Below, piece after piece: positions 38,264 through 51,238 of a stretch of DNA of 64,000 nucleotides. The stretch is taken from the NCBI RefSeq assembly GCF_030684315.1, contig NC_081383.1, forward strand, positions 43,849,912-43,913,911, in the 5' to 3' direction. The notes beneath the pieces are model-generated. The model did no database searches. It saw only the letters and a program-made list of their open reading frames with translations, and had not been told where the DNA came from. This stretch comes from Stegostoma tigrinum. Its lineage: Eukaryota. Both the position numbers and the translations under genes were made by a program. The first letter of the stretch is position 1. Each line of letters opens with the position of its first letter.

Positions 38264-40690
38264 ATGTCAGTTGATGCGGTTTTGTATTCCATCTGCGAGA
38301 TGTTGTCAGTCATGGATGCTAAGAGTGCCTGATGACTACATCTGCAGGAAGAGTACCCAGCTTCAGCTGCTTATTAAACGAATGGATTGACTTGAGTAGC
38401 AATTGGAGACACAAAGGAGCACACACGTTAGAGAACGGCATAGATAGAAATTATAGAAATGTGGTCACACTGAAGGTACAGGAAGGTAGATGGGTGACTA
38501 CTAGGTGGGGCAGGCAGTTAGAGCAGGGGTCCCTGCAGCTATCCCCCTGTCAAACAAGTCCTCTGTTTTAGATATTAATGAGGGGTTTGCCCATCCGGTG
38601 ATGACAGCAACACCCAGAGCAATGCACGATGTCTTGCCAACAGAAGGGAGGGACAAAGCATAGTAAAGCAATAGCAGTTGGAGATTTAATAGTCAGGGGC
38701 ACAGATGGGTACTTCTGTGATCGCAAGAGAGACTCCAGGATGATATGCTGCCTCCCTGGTTCTGGGGTTATGGATATCTCTGAGCAGGTACAGAACATTC
38801 CTGAAGAGGGGGTAAAGAGGCAGAATACATTGTCTATATTGGTAGAAAGAATGACCAGATCCTGCAACAACAAATCAGGGACTTGGGTTGTAAACTTAAA
38901 AACAGAACATCTAGGGTAGTAATCTCAGGATTATGTCCCATGCTACGTGCACCTGAGGCTAGGAACAGACAACACAATTGAGCAGATGGCTGAAGAGCTG
39001 GTTTAGGGGGTCAGCTTCAGATATGTGGATCATTGGGGTGTCTTGCAGGGAAGGTGGGACCTGTGCAGGAAGGATGGATCACACCTAAACTGGAGGGTCA
39101 TCAGTATCCTCACAGGAAGGTTCTATGATGCCACTTGGGAAGGTTGAAATTAATATGGCAGGCGGATAGGACCTGGAGCAGCAGATAACTAGTATAGAGA
39201 CTGAGGAAGTGCTTGAGTCTAAGGAAAATTATAGCTAAGAGGGAAAGCAGTCAGGGAGAGGTTGCTGAGCTCAGCAGAACTGGAGGCTTGGATTGTATTT
39301 GCTTCAATGCAAGAAGTATAACAGTAACGATGGATGAACTTAAAGCCTGGACTAGTGCATGCAGTTGTAAAATTGTTGCTATCACAGAAACATGGTTGAA
39401 AGAGAGAAAGGATTGGCAGCTTAACATTCTGAGATATCTGTGTTTTAGATGAGACAGGAAGAAGCAAAAGAGGTGGTGGATTTGCATTACATGTCACAGC
39501 TGTGTTGAGGGAGGACTCCCTGGAGCTATCTTGCAGTGAGGCATTATGGATAGACCTCAGGAATAGGAAGGATTCAATCACAGTGCTGGGATTGTACTAC
39601 AATCCTCCCAGCTGTCAGCAGGAGATATAGGAAGAGACATGCAGTCAGATTCTGGAAAGATGTGAAAATAATGTTGTTGTGGTGAGTGTTCTTAATTTCT
39701 GTATTGACTGGGACTCCATTTGTGTCGTGGATTTGGATAGGGAGCAAGTTGCTGGAAGTATCCAAGAGAGCTTTTTTAGCCGGTATGTGGAAAGCCCAAC
39801 GAGGAATGGGGGTCGTACTGGACCTTGTACTGAGAAATGTACCTGGCCAATGATCACAGATTCAGTGGAGGAGTATTTTGGAAATGGTGACGGTAATTTC
39901 CTAAGTCTTTGAATACTTATGGATAAGGCCAAGATTGGACCTTGTATGAAGATGTTAAATTAGGCGAAGGCCAGCTATAACTGAATTAGGCAAGAATTGG
40001 AGAATGTGGGTTGGGAGCAGCTAAGTCCATGTCTGACGTGGGAGTTTTTAAAAGACCAGTTGATAAGAGTGCAGGACCGGCATGCACCTGTGAAGGACAG
40101 GAATGGCAGGATTCAGGAACCTTGATGACGGGGGGAAAAATATCAGCTTAGTCAAAAAAAAGAAGCACATCCAAGGACTAGGCATCTAAAACAAAGCTCT
40201 TGAATATTGAGGAAGTAGGAACGAGTTTAAACGGGGAGTTAGGAGGGATAAAAGAACTTGGAAATGTCCATGGCCAGCAGGGTTAAGGAGAATCCCAAGG
40301 TATTAATACATGTATTAGGAACAAGAGGGTAGCTAAGGAAAGATTAGACTCACTCCTGGATAAAGGAGGGAGGTTATGTGTGGCGCTGGAGGAAATTGGT
40401 GAGATCCTTTTAATGAGTACTTTACATTATTTATCAAAGAGAGGGTCATGGTCATGAGAGATTTGGAGGTATGGGAAGGTATGTGAATACTCGGGCAGGG
40501 CAACATAATGAAAGAGGAAGTGTTGAGTGTCTAGAAATATTGTAAGGTAGAAAGTACCCAGGGCAGGACAGGATCTATCCCAGGATACTGTGGGAAGCAG
40601 GGGAAAGAATAGCTGGGGCCTTAACAGCTATCTTTGAATCGTGTTTGGCCTCAGGTGAGGCTCCAGAGAACTGGACAACAAGGTACCACA
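38264..40690 (+). mobile_element. CR1 LINE 5' part (ORF1 + ORF2 APE and linker), degenerate
   Basis: ORF1 from ATG 38264 (SICEM...DDYICRK; AIAVGDLIVRG...MICCLPG). ORF2 CFNARSI...IVAITETWL, and KENPK. Confidence 0.88.
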
Positions 40691-40904
40691 TAGTAAGTTA
40701 CTGCGTACGCGAATAAGTTGTTCTAGGAATTAGATGGAGGATCAGCTAAAACAAAGCAGAATTGGAATAAATGGGTTATTTTCAGATTAGTAAACTATAA
40801 GCTGTGGAGTGCAGTAGGAAATAGTGCTGTGGTCTCAACTATTTATCGTATTGACCTTGATAAGAGCTGATTATATTTTGCGAGTTTCTCTTCTTTTTTA
40901 AAAA

Positions 40905-43400
40905 AAAACATGGGAGCCGGAGAAGGCAGGCCATTTGGCACTTAGAGCCATTCAGTATGGTCATGGCCAATCATCCAACTCAGTAACCTGGTCTCCCATT
41001 CCCCTCATACCCTTTGATCCCTTTAGCCCTAGGAACTATGTCTAATTCCTTGAAAGCTTTGAACATTTTGGCCTCAACCAAACCCTGGGTGTAGACATTT
41101 CAGCTGATCTCAGTCTTAGCCTACCCCTTATCATTAGACTTTGACATTTGTTTATGGACTCCTCATTCATTGGGAACAGCTTTCCTGCATTTACTCTCTC
41201 TACTCCTGTTGGAATTGTTTTTATGAACTCCCTTTCATTCCTTGAAGCTTCAATGAATGTAGCTCTAACAGATTCAATCTCTTTTCAGTTGTCATTTCTG
41301 CCATCCCAAGAATCAGTCTGGTAAATTTTTATTGTACTCCTACCATAGCCAGAACATCCATCCTCTGATATGGAGTCAAATGTGTACACCATGTTCCAAG
41401 TGTGATCTCATCAAGGTAACTGCAGCAAGATACTGCTACTCCGTACTTATCTTTTAAGTATGAAGGCCAACATACCATTTGTCTATTTTACCAACTGCTG
41501 CACCTGCATCCTAAAATGCAAGCTGCTCCCAATCTTCAGATCAGCTATTTATGACCAATTTGTATACCCTTTCCAAGGACCTAGTACTACCTCTAGTTTC
41601 CCTTATTAACCATGGTCAGGTCAGTTTTTCCATTTTATTTTTGTGTCAGACAGAAATTAAACTTGTTATTGTTCCTCCCATATGCTTTTAAAATGTTTGC
41701 TATTGCTTATCTACTGTCCTCCCTTTTAAGTAATGTTCTCCATTGCATTTCATACCATTGCAATTTCCTTTATCTAGATTCAGGACCCTGGTCTGAGAAT
41801 CAACTACATTTTAATTAATAATTCTGTTGTATTACAGTCATACTTTCCCAAGGGACCTTGTATAGCTCCATTGCTAACTACCCCTTTCTCATTGCACAAT
41901 GACGGTGGGGTGACCTGTCCTCTTGTCAGGCCCTCAACATTTTGATTGAGTCAGAAAATCACCTCTTGCACACGCCAGCAATTCCTCCTCAGTAGTATTG
42001 TTACTGATTTGATTTGCCCAATTTATAGGTAAGATAAATCTGACCATAATTATATTGTACATCTATTGCTTTCAACTCTAATTTTGTATTTAATACCATC
42101 CCCAACATCACTACTGTTGGGATTCTACAGAGAACTCTCACTGTTGTTTTCTGCCCCTTGTGTTTCTAAGCTCCACCTATACAGATTCCACTTCATTGAA
42201 GCTAAAGTTTCCACTAATGCATTAATGCACTCTTTTTAACTAACAACAGTACCCTGCTTCCTTTTCTTTTCTATCTGTCCTTCTTAAAAACTGAATGCTT
42301 TTGGACATTAACTTCTAATCACTGGTCACCCTACACCCATTTCTCTGTAATCCCAAATATATCATTTCCATTTGCATCTACTTGCACAACTAGTTCATCC
42401 ATTTTATTGTGAATGTCTTGTGTATTAAGAACAAGGCCTTAAGACTTATCATTTTAAATGTTCTTAGCCCCATTCGCATTATTATGCACTGTGGACCTTT
42501 TCAACTCTTGCCCTTGAATTCTCTGTCAATCTCTTTTATTTCCCATTCTGTCTTCTGTTTTTACTGTACTTTTTCTCTTTTCCCTCACCCTGTAAAGATT
42601 TCCATTCCCCTGCCATTTTAGTTTAAACTCTCCTCAACCACACTGGCAAATTCAACCCTGGGTCCTGGTCCTACTCGGCTGCAACCAGTTCAACTTGTAC
42701 TTGCCCCGGTCCCAAGAGATGGATCTAATGTCCCAGGAATCTGAAACCCACCCTCTTGCAGCCTCTATATATTCATCTGATTTTATATTGGCATGACATT
42801 GGCAATCCTGAGATCGCTAGTTTTGTTGTACTTCATAACTGACGTCCTAATTCCCTATATTCTGCTTCAACTCATCGTTTTTAATATGTATGTTGCTGGA
42901 GACAATGTGTTGCACCCTGGGGACAGTATACCATCTTGGAGTCTCGGAGCCACAGAAACCCCTCTTCTTACATTTAATTCTCCTATTGGTATTGCATTTC
43001 TGCGCTTATTTCTCCTCACCCATGTGGTATAGGCATGGTGTAACAAATTTGGCGGTTGCTACTTTCCTCTGAGAGGACATTCTGCCCAACAGCATCTAAA
43101 GAAGTATACCTGTTTTTCAGGAGAATGGCCAGAGGCTCTCCTGTGCTGCCTCTTCCTCTTTCTCTCTCTCTCTCTGGCTGGTGATCATCTATTCCATTCT
43201 TGCCTGCAGAGTGACCACTTCTGTGCTATCCACACTACTTCAAGCCTTGTGGATGCTCCAGACTATCCCTAGTTGCCCCTTTAGCTCTGAAGCTCAGGCT
43301 TCCAGGAGCTGCAGCTGAAGACACTTCCTGCGCATTTTCTGATCCTGGGCAGTGGAACTGTACCAGAATGCAGACTAGAGCTCTCCTCTGTGCCTTACAT
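40905..43400 (-). mobile_element. CR1 LINE fragments, minus strand
   Basis: Reverse-complement CR1 3'UTR and RT end (40905-41510), APE region (about 41800-42420) and ORF1 remnants (about 42620-43380). Confidence 0.7.
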
Positions 43401-43789
43401 CTTTAAACTAAATCCTTAGACTGCTCTTAAAATCAAATAACCTTAAGTATTTGAGGTCCTCTCCACTATAGCCTTTAAAAACTGTAAAGCCAAAACAAAG
43501 ACCTTAGAAATTGTAAGCAATTAAAAGTAGTATTAAGCACATCTTTTTTCCCCCTCGAGCTCTGCTTCTAAATTTACTGAAGGATCACTCTGCTCCCACT
43601 GCTACTGCAGATCACAATTTGAACCTCGTCTTTTATCAGGAAGCTTCACTGCTGCTGTTTACCCCCAGGTTCACTCCGATCCTGCTCCAACTGGCTTCAT
43701 TGCGACGTTGACTGCAGGATGATCTTAAAGTGGGAAAAGCTGACGCAAGAACAAAAGTTTTGTAGCAAGAGTATGTAATGCAGTAAACT

Positions 43790-44410
43790 GTAATATTGTC
43801 ACATTGGTTGCCCACCTTGCCAGAAGAATAGAAAAGCAAAATTATTATTAAAATGGAAAGAGACTTCAGAGCACGGAAGGATCTTGGTGTCCTTGCCTAT
43901 AGATCAGAAAGTATTAGCACACAGCTGTTGAAAATAACTTTATTTGGAAAGGCAAATGGAATGTGATATATATTGCAAGCAGGATGAAGTATAAAAGTGG
44001 GAGATCTTGCTGCATCTGTACAGGAGTTTGGTGAGACTGCACTTATGAATGCTGTGTACAGTTCTGGAATCTCTACTTCATCAATGATATACTTGCATTA
44101 GTGGCAGTTCAGGATGTTTTCCCTTATGGAAAATCCAAAACTGGAGCACAGTTTCAAGTAAAGGTTCTCATTTAAAACAGATAAGAAGGAATTTCTTCTA
44201 CTAAAGGATTGTTAGCCTTTGGAATTCTTCATCACAAATAACATTGGAGCCAGGGTAATCGTCTAATACAGCCTCAAATATATTGTTATTTTTGACATCA
44301 TCAAAAGTTATGGGAAGCAGGCAGGAAAGTGCAGTTAAGGTCACAGTCACGTCAGCTGCAATCTTGATTAAATGATCGAGAAGGTTTGATGGGTGAATAG
44401 CCTATTCCTG
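43790..44410 (+). mobile_element. CR1 3' fragment
   Basis: KANGM...LYRSLVRLH..CVQFW and 3'UTR remnants. Confidence 0.7.
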
Positions 44411-45314
44411 CTTAAATTTCATAGTCTTTCTAAACTTCATAGAAAGTGAACATTGATGCTGGAGCCTTCACAGGAAAATATGGCACTTAGTGGCCAAATC
44501 ATTTGTGATTTACCCATCACACTGAAAGCTTCCCTTATTTGCAATTCAACACCCTGTTTTCTTTCCTTTACAGCTGCTTCACTTTATCTTAATATAATGA
44601 GGTCCTTGTTTGATCTTTAATTAGTATTGCATCATGGTTATAGACATTCAAGAACTCTCCTAACCCCATGTGAAAGACTACACTTCCATGTTCAATAATG
44701 TCTGCCATATGAGGCCCGTTTTATCAATTTATCTAAACCAATCTACAGCCTGACTGTTCCAAATTGCTAACCCTCATGAATGTTTTATCTATCAACTGTA
44801 ATTTTGTCTAGTTTTATCTAGGCAAGGACATAGAAAAATTAATGACGAAAATGAACAGACCCAGTAAAGACCCCATCGAGAATTCTGCTCTTAGCTAAGT
44901 TTCTGTCAGATCTTTCCATGAATAACTGACATTGTGTTTTCAATTACTTATGCATGCTTGATAATATTTAAATAATTTCATGAGTACTCTCAGGAAATAT
45001 TTGATATTTTATGAAAAATGTTTTGGAAATCATTGTCAGCCAGATCAATTACTCTTCTAGTAAATTCTGTAAGTTCTTCAAAAAAATCTGCATTTCATAA
45101 AATGTTGTTGAAAATCTGTCATAAGCCACAAACTCTCCAAGAAACATATAGTACGTGTTGTTATGCTTTCCAGTTGTCTCCCTAACACTGGTATCACTCA
45201 TGCCTTTATTTCATTCTCTGTTTTTTGTCTTTAAGGAGAGAGAGAGAGAAAATAAAATTTGGAGTTTTTTTAATACTGTAAAACACTTGAAATGCAAGAT
45301 CCCCAATTTTCTTT

Positions 45315-45400
45315 GATAACAAGGTGTAGAGCTGGATTAACACAGCAGGCCAAGGAGCAGGAAGGCTGACGTTTCGTGCCTAAACCCTTCTTCAGAAATT
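45315..45400 (-). mobile_element. Penelope pLTR fragment with hammerhead-like core at 45368-45395
   Basis: Minus strand CTGAAGA-A-GGGTTTAGGCAC-GAAAC-GTC. Confidence 0.7.
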
Positions 45401-45764
45401 TTCTTTTTCTTGGACATGCTTGGGATAAATGGCATGAGCTTCTGCAGTGATCTTGGCTAAAGTCTTTTCCATGATTTGCACCTAATGAATGTGTATTATT
45501 TTTGTTGCATTATTGGACAATATAATTGAGAAGTGAAAAAAGAAGACCATATCTGGAATTGCCTTGAAAGTAGTTGTGTCTTTGAGACAAAATGAATGTA
45601 GGTGTTGGAGGGATGTATCTTTTTTTCTCCCTTTTTTTTCAGTTCATGAAACCTCCTCAATACCCGAATAAAAAGCAGTGAGTGCATAATTTAATTTGCA
45701 TGCTGGGGGTGCCCAAAGTACTCAACATGAAGCCAAAGGAGTTAATTTTAAATTGATAGATTAA

Positions 45765-46075
45765 TTAGATTCCCTACAGTCTGGGAACAGGCCCTTCGGC
45801 CCAACAAGTCCACACCGCCCCTTGAAGCATCCCAACCAGACCCATCCCCCATAACTCTCACACCCCTGAACACTACCGGCAATTTAGCATGGCTGATCTA
45901 CCTAGACTGCACATCTTTGGACTGTGGAGGGAAACCGGAGCACCCGGAAGAAACCCGCGCAGACACAGGAAAAATGTGCAAACTCCACACACACAGTTGC
46001 CTGAGGCTGGAATCAAACCCGGGTCCCTGGCGCTGTGAGGCTGCAGTGCTCACCACTGAGCCACTGTGCTGCCCC
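45765..46075 (-). mobile_element. HE1-type SINE, well preserved
   Basis: Minus strand GGGGCAGCACAGTGGCTCAGTGGTGAGCACTGCAGCCTCACAGCGCCAGGGACCCGGGTTTGATTCC with a CR1-derived tail. Confidence 0.88.
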
Positions 46076-46139
46076 GAATCAAATACATTTCTTGTTGCCT
46101 TTTTTTCTTTCTTTCCTGTTTCATCACAACATATCTTTT

Positions 46140-47800
46140 GTAAGCAAATTTTGAACTGATGCCTTGTGCTCCAAGGCCAATGTCAAGTAAAGCGAGACTC
46201 CTGGATAACTCCACCTCGAACTTACAGCTCAAAAAAAATCCATTCACAATTACTGTTTCCTATCATGTGGCCAATTTTGTATCCTTGTTGCTGCTGTCTC
46301 TCATAATCTGAGCTCGAACTTGAGTCTTGTGTTGTGTGGTACTGTGCCAAACATCTTTTTGGAATGCTTGTGCACCACTCGGCAGCATTACCCTCATTAA
46401 TCCTCTATACCCCTAATAAACTGCAATAATTTAGTTAGACATGGTTTTTGGCTTGAGAAATCCACACTGGCTATCTTTAATTTATGCACATTTGTCCATA
46501 TGATTATTAATATTATCTTGTATTATTGAACTAACTGGTCTGTAGCTGACAGGCTATTCCTTGCTACTTTTTTTTTAGGGAACAAGTGGAATGTTCGCAA
46601 TTAATCAGGTCTCAGGAATGAAAGATTGTGGCCAGTGCCTCTGCAATTAATATAGTCATTTCCTTCAATATCCTTGGATGCATTTCATCTGGTCTATTGC
46701 TTTATCAACTTTAAATACAGTCAGTCCACAACCATCTCTGTATCAATTTTGAACTCTTCTAATGGCTGAACTTTCTCCTCTCTCACCTTCTTCTGGATTG
46801 CATCTGTTTGCTTGGTAAAGTACAGATACACAGTATTTATTTAATACTTTAGCCATGCTCCTGCTTTGTGTAATTCCCTTTTTATGACCTTGAATTAGTC
46901 CTTCCTTCTTTTAACATCCTTTTACTATGTATGTGCCTATAGAAGACTTGGTTTTCCTTTGTATGGTATTGCCAGTCTCTCTCCAAATACCTTTTTCTTT
47001 CTGTTGCTTTGTCATATCTGTTCTGAACCATGTAATTCAGCTTGGTTCTCAATTGTATTTTCTACCTGGCATCTGTTTTAAAAACAGTTTTTCCCTTTAT
47101 CTTAGTTTCTATCTTCGTTTTCATCCAGGGATCTGAGGATTTGTTTGCCCTGCCTTTTGCTTTTGAGAGAATGCACCTTGATTGTGTCTGAACCATCCCC
47201 AGAAGGTAGATAGTCTTTTTCTTTTTGGCTCCAATCTATCTGGCCCAGGTCCATTCTTGCCCTCTTGAAATCAGCTGTCTCTCCCAGGTAATTATTTTTG
47301 CTCTGGATTATTCATTGTTCTTTTTCACTATCATCCTAAATCTCATGAAACAATCTAATACTGACCCTTTAAATGCTCCCCTGCAGGGACTTAAACTACT
47401 TGGCCTACCTTATTCCACTGGTTGAGCATGATTCTTTGCTTGCTGGACTGGACACAGTCTGCTGTCGAGAATTTCTCCTGAACTCAATCAAGGAACGCTT
47501 GTATCTCTGCACTTTACGCTGCAACTGTCCTGGTTAACATTCAGACAAATACAAGTTTCTCATTACAGCTAATCTACAAATATTTGTAACTCTCTGTAAT
47601 TACCTTCTAGCTTTGTTATTCCACACCTTTTCCCACTATTTGGTGGTTTTTAGACAATACTGAGCAATTAAACCATTTTTATTCATTACTCTAGCCAAAT
47701 GAGTTTTGTTCTTGACCCCTTCAGGACAGACATTTTCCATTGCACTGCACTTCTTAACCAATACCCCCTACCCTACTTCGTTTCTTCTTTTCTTACCTTT
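46140..47800 (-). mobile_element. Old CR1 ORF2 fragments
   Basis: Reverse-complement remnants of the RT and APE regions (PDEMHPRIL, YRPVSS). Confidence 0.6.
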
Positions 47801-47864
47801 ACTGCACACCTTGTATCTTGCAATATTTAGTACCAAATTGATACTTCTGTAAGTTTCTGTTGAT

Positions 47865-48665
47865 CACTTGGACCAGTGGGCAGAAGAGTGGCAGATGGAG
47901 TTTAGTTTGGATAAATGCAAGGTATTGCATTTTGGTAAAACTAACAAGGGCAGGACTTGTACAGTTAATGGTAGGCCCCTGGGAAATGTTGTCGAACAGA
48001 GACACCTAGCGGTTCAGGTGTGGTCCCAGGTAGACAGCGTGGTTAAGGCATTTAGCACGCTCGCTTTCATTGCTCAAACCACTAAATATAAGGAGTTGGG
48101 ACATCATGATGAGGTTGTACAGGATGTTGAGGTCACTTTTGGAACACTTTTTGTCGAAACAGTTCTGATTTTCCTGCTGTAGGAAGGATATTATTACATT
48201 GGACAGGGCCAGAAAAGATTTACCAGGAAGTTGTGGAGACTGGAGGGTTTGAGATATAAGGAGAGCTGGATAGGCTGGGACTTTTTTCCTGGAGCATAGG
48301 TTGAGGGGTGGTCTTCTCGATGTTTATAAAGCCATGAGGGGCATGGATAAGGGAAATAGCAAAGGTCTTTTCTCTAGTGTGGGGGTGGGTGGATTCACAA
48401 CTAGAGAGCATATTTTTAAGGTGAGAGGAGAAAAGATTTGAAACGGACCCGAAGGGCAACGTTTCACACATGGGGTGATTTGTCTGGAGGAGGAACTGCC
48501 AGAAGTGGTAAATGCAAGTACAACCATTTGGACAGCTACGTGAACAGGAAAGATTTAGAGGTATATGGGCCAAATACAGGCGTGTGGGCTAGTTTAGTTT
48601 AGGAATATAGGTCGGCATGGGCAAGTTGGACCAAAGGATCTCTTTCTGTGTTATATGACTCTCTG
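47865..48665 (+). mobile_element. CR1 3' fragment
   Basis: DQWAEEWQMEFSLDKCKVLHFGKTN through to the 3' tail tatgactctc. Confidence 0.88.
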
Positions 48666-49359
48666 CCTCTGATTGCTACTGCCATGTTACAACTTGGTGA
48701 GGAGGATGATGTGCTCCTTTCTCATCAACACACCCTGTCAGTCAAAGCAAATGCTATTTTTTTTGACACGTAGTTATAACACTTCAATTAAATCTAGGTA
48801 GCCAGATCTAACAGGAAACCCAATTCCAAGGTTATATGGCATGAAGGAGATTGATGTTTTATGCCCTATTAAAACCAATGCATCAAGAACACATGACATT
48901 AAAACACGTGCTCACGCATGTGTATGCATGCACCAAAGATAGTAAGCTTAGGAAAAAAAAGAGCGGATCAGATGGTGTCCATGCAGGCAGAATTTTCAAA
49001 TAATTTCAGTTTAAAGTTTTTAGACTCATTGTGTTGTGAGTGCAAAACTTGAGTTCAGGCAGGTTAGCAGGTGTCCTAGTTCCTTGGAAATGGCAAAGCT
49101 TGCTGGTAAACTGGAGTTGTTGGTGACTAAAAAGCAAATTATTGCAGATACTGGAGATCAAAAATGAGAACAAAAAATAACTGTAGAAAAACAGGTTTGG
49201 TAATATGTGGAGAGAGAAAACATTTGTGTTTCTATTAGGGTCTGGGATTGGTTGATGTAGAATCATGTGGTTGGAGGTAAGAAATAACAAGCCAAAGCAG
49301 TCACTGTTAGGAGCAGTCTGCAGGCCCCTAGCACAGCAGCCAATAAATCAGGGCATGAG

Positions 49360-50770
49360 GGCATGTAACAAAAAAAGCAATGCATTAATCATGGGTGACA
49401 TTAACCTTCATGTGGATTGGGAAATTTTGAATCAAAGGTAGCCACAAGGAAAAATTCATGAAATTCTTAGAACAACATGTTGTGGATCCAGCGTTCAGGC
49501 TGTCTTGGACCTGATAATGAGGCAGGTTTGATAGTCGTCTGAATGAATGATCCCTGAGGGACCAGTGACCATAACATGTTGAATTCAAACATTTCAGATA
49601 TTTTTACAGAAGGCCAAAGTGAACATAGACCCCCATGGTGAGTAAGGCTGTGGAAATAATGGGGAACCAGGAAATGACAGAGTTCAGTGAATACTTTGCT
49701 TCAATCTTCATGGTAATAGACATTAAAAAAGCATTCCAAAAATACTAAATAATTGCAGGGGAGGAGAGGCTGGCAGGTGAGGAAATAAACTTAATGATCA
49801 TTAAGCAATGTTGAATTCAGCTTTCAGTTCAAGTGTGAGAACCTTGAGTCAGAGACAGATAACAAGAATTGCAGATCAGCTATAGTACTTTTTCCTGTAA
49901 TGGGGCTGTTAGCTGGTCAGATTTCTACACCTGATGAGCTGCACCCAAGGATTTTAAAGGAAGTAGCTACAGAGATGTTGGATGCAATGGTCATAATTTC
50001 AAAGAATCTTTCTCTTTGGGAAGTGTCACAGAGGTTGGGAAAACTGCTGACGTACCACCCTTATTCAAGAAGGCAGGGAGTCAAGAACCTAGCACCTATA
50101 GGCCAGTTAGCTAAATCCTTAGCATAGGGAAAATGCTAGAGTTTGTTATAAAGGAGGTAATAGCAGAGTATTCAAAAATGCTTGATATACTCAGAGTCAG
50201 CATAACCTCGTGAGGGTAAAATCATGGCTGAAAAATTTATTAGTTTTGTGGAATAACAAATATACGAATGGAGATCAGTAGATGCAATGTACTGGGATTT
50301 CCAAAGTGTTTGACAAGGTACCACACATTAGGGTATTTAAAGTAACTGTACATGGTATTGAAGTAATGTATGAGTGTGGGTAGAGGATTGGCTAATAAAT
50401 GGCACAGAGTTGGAATGGGGGGGCATTTTCAGGATGGCCACCAGTAATTACTGGAATGCCAAAGAGATCAGTGCTGGGGGACAATTGTTTATCACATATA
50501 TTAATGATATAGATGATGGAAATGAATGTAATGTTGCCAACTATGTTATGCACAAAAATGGGTGGAAAGGTGAGGATGAGAGTGGTATACAAACTGGTTA
50601 GGTGTGTGGATGAAAACTTGACAGAATGTAATTTCTCAAACTGAGAGGTCCTGCACTTTGGCGGGAAGAATGGAAGAGTTTAACATTATTTTAATGGAGA
50701 AAGACTGCAGAAATGATGGAGCAGACACAGTGGGTTGAATGATCTACTTCTGCTCTTGAAGTCTTATGTA
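49360..50770 (+). mobile_element. CR1 ORF2 fragments
   Basis: IMGDINLHVDW, PDELHPRILKEVA and LFITYINDIDDG motifs. Confidence 0.78.
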
Positions 50771-51045
50771 TTCCTTAAGACTAAAGTGAACAACTAGGCT
50801 GTGTGTTGGCTTGGGCCAGCGATAATTCACTATTCGATATATCTTGCTCATTTTCTTAAATTCCCTCTTCATTCACCTGACCCCATAAGCATTGCAACTG
50901 AAACTGGAAATTTGGGAAGAGATTGGATTTGCAATTCCTATTCAAATATCCTGCTGTTTCACCTCTGCTGAAAAGAATGGAAGAAGGATAACATTATTTT
51001 CTTTTTCAGAAGGTTTTCCAAAAGGTGTGATCAACTGCAATTGAG

Positions 51046-51238
51046 ATGTTCCATTGTGGTTACTGTGATTTGGGGACAGCGTGCATTGATGAGCTAGATA
51101 TTCACATTCTAGAGACACATACAGACTTTCAGCCTTCTGACTGCCCTCCTGACAAATTATCCAATCAGATTTTTCCAGTTTCGACATGCTCCAATTTACA
51201 ATCCAGTCAGCCTGACATGCAGATATTTGTCAATCCTG
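51046..51238 (+). CDS. ZNF462-like zinc finger protein, first coding exon
   Basis: Acceptor ttttctttttcag| (exon starts 51010), in-frame upstream stop at 51028, ATG at 51046. MFHCGYCDLGTACIDELDIHILETHTDFQPSD aligns with the ZNF462 N-terminus VLQCDGCDFRAPSYEDLKAHIQDVHTAFLQPTD. The phase-1 donor CTG|gtaag joins in frame to 53108. Confidence 0.88.

Noticed and set aside
45990-46075. tRNA-like sequences with A and B boxes (also about 5670-5752, 8213-8280, 23960-24030)
   Set aside because: These are SINE heads attached to SINE bodies and show no complete cloverleaf.
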